In this document: in pieces, positions 42,954-45,903 of the stretch
How positions within the stretch are numbered: position 1 is the stretch's first letter
Layout: each line of letters opens with the position of its first letter
From: Candidatus Shapirobacteria bacterium
GTDB taxonomy: Bacteria; Patescibacteriota; Microgenomatia; UBA12405
DNA length: 45,903 bases
Assembly (NCBI GenBank): GCA_903825325.1
Contig: CAIKAI010000128.1
Location: forward strand, 1-45,903
Reading direction: 5' to 3'
Notes under the pieces: generated by a model
The model's database searches: none
What the model was told of the DNA's origin: nothing
The model's input: the letters and a program-made list of their open reading frames with translations, nothing else
Position numbers and translations under genes: made by a program

Positions 42954-44039
42954 TTAAGACATGCTACTGCTAATATAATTAATAAGCGTTGTAGAAAAAT
43001 CTTTTAAAGATTCTAAATCAATCCATTCATCGTCAGCATGGATGCCGCCAAAAATTGGTGATGATAAAATGACAGCAGTTTTGTCAGAGTGAAAATAGCG
43101 AGCATCAGAAGTGCCATTCTCATTGATTAAAATCTTAGCTAACGGTAATTCTGGAGCGATAAGCATAGTCCATTTTTTAATGGCCGGATTATGAACGTCG
43201 ATTTTGAAAGGCTGGGCGTTAATTATCTCTTTAATGGAACACCCCGGACTAATATTTTGGATAATTGATTTAATTGCCTCTGGATTATCATTGGGAACAT
43301 AACGGATGTCGAGGATAACTTCGGCATAATCGGGTACCTGGTTAGTTTGTAAGCCGCCACTAATTTTGCCAAAGTTAATCGTAGTTTTCCACACCGGTTT
43401 TTGAGGAACTGGATACATTTTGGAAATATTTATAATCGCTTTGGCAATTTTAGTAATGGCATTATCCCCCAACCACAAATCCGAAGCGTGAGTGGAAATA
43501 CCATGGGCGCAAATGGCTAAATGAAGGACACCTTTGGCATTTTTGGCAACATGGTTATTTTCGCCACCATCGGGAATGATGACAACTTTGGGATGATAGC
43601 CAATTTTATTGACTAAATAATTGGCGCCATCAAGGCCGCCTAATTCTTCATCCGAAGTTAACATTAAGCCGATAGAGGGTAATTTATTTCCGGAGTGATA
43701 AAGCGTTTTTATGGCGACAATAAAGGCAGCAACCCCCCCCTTCATATCGGCAACACCCCGGCCGTACATTTTTGATTTGTCTGAAGTCAAAGTAAACAGG
43801 CTATTTGGGGCGGGGACAACATCAATATGGCCATTGAGCATAATTTGCGGGGCGAGAGTATGATCGCTTGACCAAACAATTGAGCGATGCTGATTATGGC
43901 TATATTCTTTAACTATTAGTGGATATCCCACGAGTTCTTGTTTGATATAGGCATAACAGTCATCGATAGCCTTGGGATTATCGGCGGTCGTGGGGTAAGC
44001 AATTAATTTTGAGGTTAGATTTATTAATTCTGATTTCAT
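42954..44039 (-). CDS. M20 family metallopeptidase / deacylase (ArgE/DapE-like)
   Basis: NGHIDVVP, GRGVADMKGG and SDEELGG metal-ligand blocks; 361 aa. Confidence 0.8.
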   Translation of the reverse strand: MKSELINLTSKLIAYPTTADNPKAIDDCYAYIKQELVGYPLIVKEYSHNQHRSIVWSSDHTLAPQIMLNGHIDVVPAPNSLFTLTSDKSKMYGRGVADMKGGVAAFIVAIKTLYHSGNKLPSIGLMLTSDEELGGLDGANYLVNKIGYHPKVVIIPDGGENNHVAKNAKGVLHLAICAHGISTHASDLWLGDNAITKIAKAIINISKMYPVPQKPVWKTTINFGKISGGLQTNQVPDYAEVILDIRYVPNDNPEAIKSIIQNISPGCSIKEIINAQPFKIDVHNPAIKKWTMLIAPELPLAKILINENGTSDARYFHSDKTAVILSSPIFGGIHADDEWIDLESLKDFSTTLINYISSSMS

Positions 44040-45094
44040 AATTGGTGTAATAAATTAGTAATTTGGGTGCAGGTTGTTTGATCAAGATTGATTGGATGTA
44101 AGCACTCCTGATAATGATTCATGGTTTTGCGCCAACCGACTTGCCATTGAGGTGCAGACTTTTCGTCATTATGCCAAGGGCGAATCATGGCCGGTTGCAA
44201 TCCTGCATCTCGTAAGTATTGAGACGTCTGAATATCATCAACTGGGCAATAATAGGTAATGATTTGCAACCCAATTGTTTCGGATATTTTAGTCAGATCA
44301 TTTATATCTGAATTACTGGCAATATTAATGAATCCTGAGGCATCGGGGAGAATAATGACCATCTGACTATCTTTTAGGCTTAATAGCCTAATGTCAGGAC
44401 TAAGGATTTGGACATTTAGGCCGTTTAGGTCATCAATCCTACGCCCAATACTTTCTTTTAGTTTTGTTGCCGATGGTAAAACTTCTCGAGCCAAATTTAT
44501 ATCTTTGGCTGGTGGATTGAGGGATGCTTTAAGATTGTTTTGTAATATCGTTTTGAGTTGATTAGGCCAACAACTTAGTTGATTGATTAGGACTTGAGTA
44601 TCGAGATGAAGACCACTGAGGTGGACCATTGATTCGCGGGCGGGTCCTAATTGGTCGTGTTGGTAAACAATATGTTTACCGCTCTCAACCGATGTGGCGG
44701 CTAATCCCCCATTAATAGCGGCCTTCTGCATTCCGACTTGGTCAGCTCGGGCATCAGCCCAAGGTGTTTTGCCTAATTTCTGACAATCGTCGACTAAATT
44801 GGCGGTGATGGCTTTAGCTAAGCCGTTGTGGCGATATTCAGGGTCAACGACGACTCTTTTTATTTCGGCCATAGGTTGGGAAGAAATATCAAGTACGGCA
44901 GTGGCAATTATGTTTTTTTGTGGTCCAACGGCAACTAAGCGATGTTCGCCTTGATCAATTGCTTTAGCAACTTGGGTTGAATCATAAACTGATTCGAATG
45001 GATAACCGGGAAGTCCCCGGGTGACTAAATTGACTAAATTTTGAGCGTCGCCTGTGATAGCAGGACGAATGTGATAGGGTAAATTTTCGGACAT
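44036..45094 (-). CDS. GNAT-family N-acetyltransferase domain protein with uncharacterised C-terminal half
   Basis: The N-terminal region has a GNAT-like core (VVDPEYRHNGLAKAITANLVDDC). There is a 4-nt overlap with the M20 gene. Confidence 0.55.
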   Translation of the reverse strand: MSENLPYHIRPAITGDAQNLVNLVTRGLPGYPFESVYDSTQVAKAIDQGEHRLVAVGPQKNIIATAVLDISSQPMAEIKRVVVDPEYRHNGLAKAITANLVDDCQKLGKTPWADARADQVGMQKAAINGGLAATSVESGKHIVYQHDQLGPARESMVHLSGLHLDTQVLINQLSCWPNQLKTILQNNLKASLNPPAKDINLAREVLPSATKLKESIGRRIDDLNGLNVQILSPDIRLLSLKDSQMVIILPDASGFINIASNSDINDLTKISETIGLQIITYYCPVDDIQTSQYLRDAGLQPAMIRPWHNDEKSAPQWQVGWRKTMNHYQECLHPINLDQTTCTQITNLLHQL

Positions 45095-45123
45095 AATTTG
45101 AAATTTAAAATTATAATATAGAA

Positions 45124-45151
45124 CAAAAAAAGCCTCCCGAGAGGGAGGCTT
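45124..45151 (-). terminator. intrinsic terminator (minus strand)
   Basis: Minus strand reads AAGCCTCCC-tctc-GGGAGGCTT followed by TTTTTT. Confidence 0.75.
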
Positions 45152-45174
45152 GACGATTTCAAATTATAGTTTGA

Positions 45175-45234
45175 TTACGTTAATACCTCCCGGCTCGGGC
45201 AGGTAAAGGTAAATGATTTAACTATAATCAGCAT
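45175..45234 (-). CDS. possible 19-aa leader peptide ORF
   Basis: ATG to TAA encodes MLIIVKSFTFTCPSREVLT. A perfect TATAAT (45241-45246) lies 6 nt upstream. The ORF runs through hairpin 45185-45204. Confidence 0.3.
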   Translation of the reverse strand: MLIIVKSFTFTCPSREVLT

Positions 45235-45240
45235 TATATT

Positions 45241-45246
45241 ATTATA
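45241..45246 (-). promoter_or_regulatory. -10 box TATAAT, 6 nt upstream of the ATG at 45234
   Basis: Minus strand reads ccTATAATaatataATG, 8 nt after the pheT stop. Confidence 0.35.
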
Positions 45247-45254
45247 GGACATAT

Positions 45255-45902
45255 TCAGATTTTGTCAAGATTAAAGGTTTTAAGATGGATTTTTTTGGCA
45301 GTTTTGTCGTCGCAATTGTAATAATGCACTCGAAAGGTATATTTATCTTTATAAATATCAGTGATTTCCATGGACCACAATATCTTTGGGTCAATTAAAG
45401 CGGAATATTTCTTGATTAATTCAAGTGGTTCGACTTTTTCTGAAATAGTAACATTGGCGTCGAGGGTGATGATTTGTGAGGTTAATTCGACGGCGGTGTT
45501 GTGAATTGATTGAGGTGCATAATTATCGGGTAAAGGTTGATCGTCGAGAATGGTTTCGGAAAAATTTTGGCCATCATATGTTCCTAGTGCAAATTTTTCG
45601 ATATATTTATCGTTTTGTTGAGAAAAGATTTTGCCAATTTCAAAAAATTTGGGATGGGGAAGTTTATATTTTTGATACTGGATTAATTGTTGTTTTAATG
45701 AAGGAATCAGACTTTGACGTAAATAGACAATTTCATCATTGATACTATTTTCGGTTTTAATGACTGTTTTGGGATCAACTGGTGAACCAACTAAAGGCCA
45801 AGTTAAAACTTCATCGTAACCCTCGGCGACTAATTTATCTTTAGTTTCTTCAATTAAATAAAGAATTTTGGGTGTAATGTTGGGAACGTCCTTAGAAATC
45901 AA
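45255..45902 (-). CDS. pheT: phenylalanine--tRNA ligase beta subunit, C-terminal part (continues beyond window end)
   Basis: LRQSLIPSLKQQLIQY block and a C-terminal FDX-ACB-like domain (ITDIYKDKYTFRVHYY). The ORF is open to the window edge. Confidence 0.7.
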   Translation of the reverse strand: MISKDVPNITPKILYLIEETKDKLVAEGYDEVLTWPLVGSPVDPKTVIKTENSINDEIVYLRQSLIPSLKQQLIQYQKYKLPHPKFFEIGKIFSQQNDKYIEKFALGTYDGQNFSETILDDQPLPDNYAPQSIHNTAVELTSQIITLDANVTISEKVEPLELIKKYSALIDPKILWSMEITDIYKDKYTFRVHYYNCDDKTAKKIHLKTFNLDKI

Positions 45903-45903
45903 A

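Noticed and set aside
1-45903. An alternative genetic code (UGA recoding, as in some CPR lineages).
   Set aside because: TGA is used repeatedly as a stop in ATGA overlaps (699, 19588, 22349, 26181, 29228, 32392, 34238, 34771). All conserved proteins end at expected lengths under code 11.

Overview
AT-rich, tightly packed bacterial window with about 50 genes, many ATGA/TAATG start-stop overlaps and almost no Shine-Dalgarno signals. The gene content suggests a Candidate Phyla Radiation / Patescibacteria-type genome; this is an inference and was not verified by any search. Supporting signs are a secretin-less type IV pilus (T4P) locus, a minimal Pth, a P-loop-less HolB-like protein, many orphan exported proteins, and the standard code with TGA stops. 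Layout: (1) 1-8682, a surface-protein cluster with two DUF916/DUF3324-like anchored proteins, a 1489-aa fibre-like protein and an 837-aa secreted protein. (2) 8686-12124, small envelope and orphan proteins. (3) 12170-16752 on the minus strand: tRNA-Ala, pth, ligA, fic and a holB-like gene. (4) 16780-35532, an 18.7-kb T4P locus: pilB-pilT-pilC, a major pilin with its own promoter and terminator, pilD, eight more pilin-like genes, four uncharacterised exported proteins, then pilM-N-O. One of the four is a 1055-aa Hint/BIL + Cys-rich + LamG protein. (5) 35522-40046 on the minus strand: recG, RAYT-like Y1 transposase, rpmF, nusB, rnc, rpsP and a KH protein. (6) PBP1A, preceded by a candidate 40-aa membrane ORF. 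(7) pheT (partial), a possible leader-peptide attenuator, and a GNAT-M20 peptidase pair. Main hunt results: the autoprocessing-type Hint adhesin module inside the pilus operon; a pseudopilin carrying an 8-Cys mini-domain on a Pro/Thr linker; GC-rich palindromes inserted in frame in the RAYT gene; two small intergenic repeat families; and a pervasive leaderless-promoter signature (TATAAT 5-8 nt before ATG), which also points to several unannotated small ORFs. No CRISPR array, rRNA or obvious prophage was seen.
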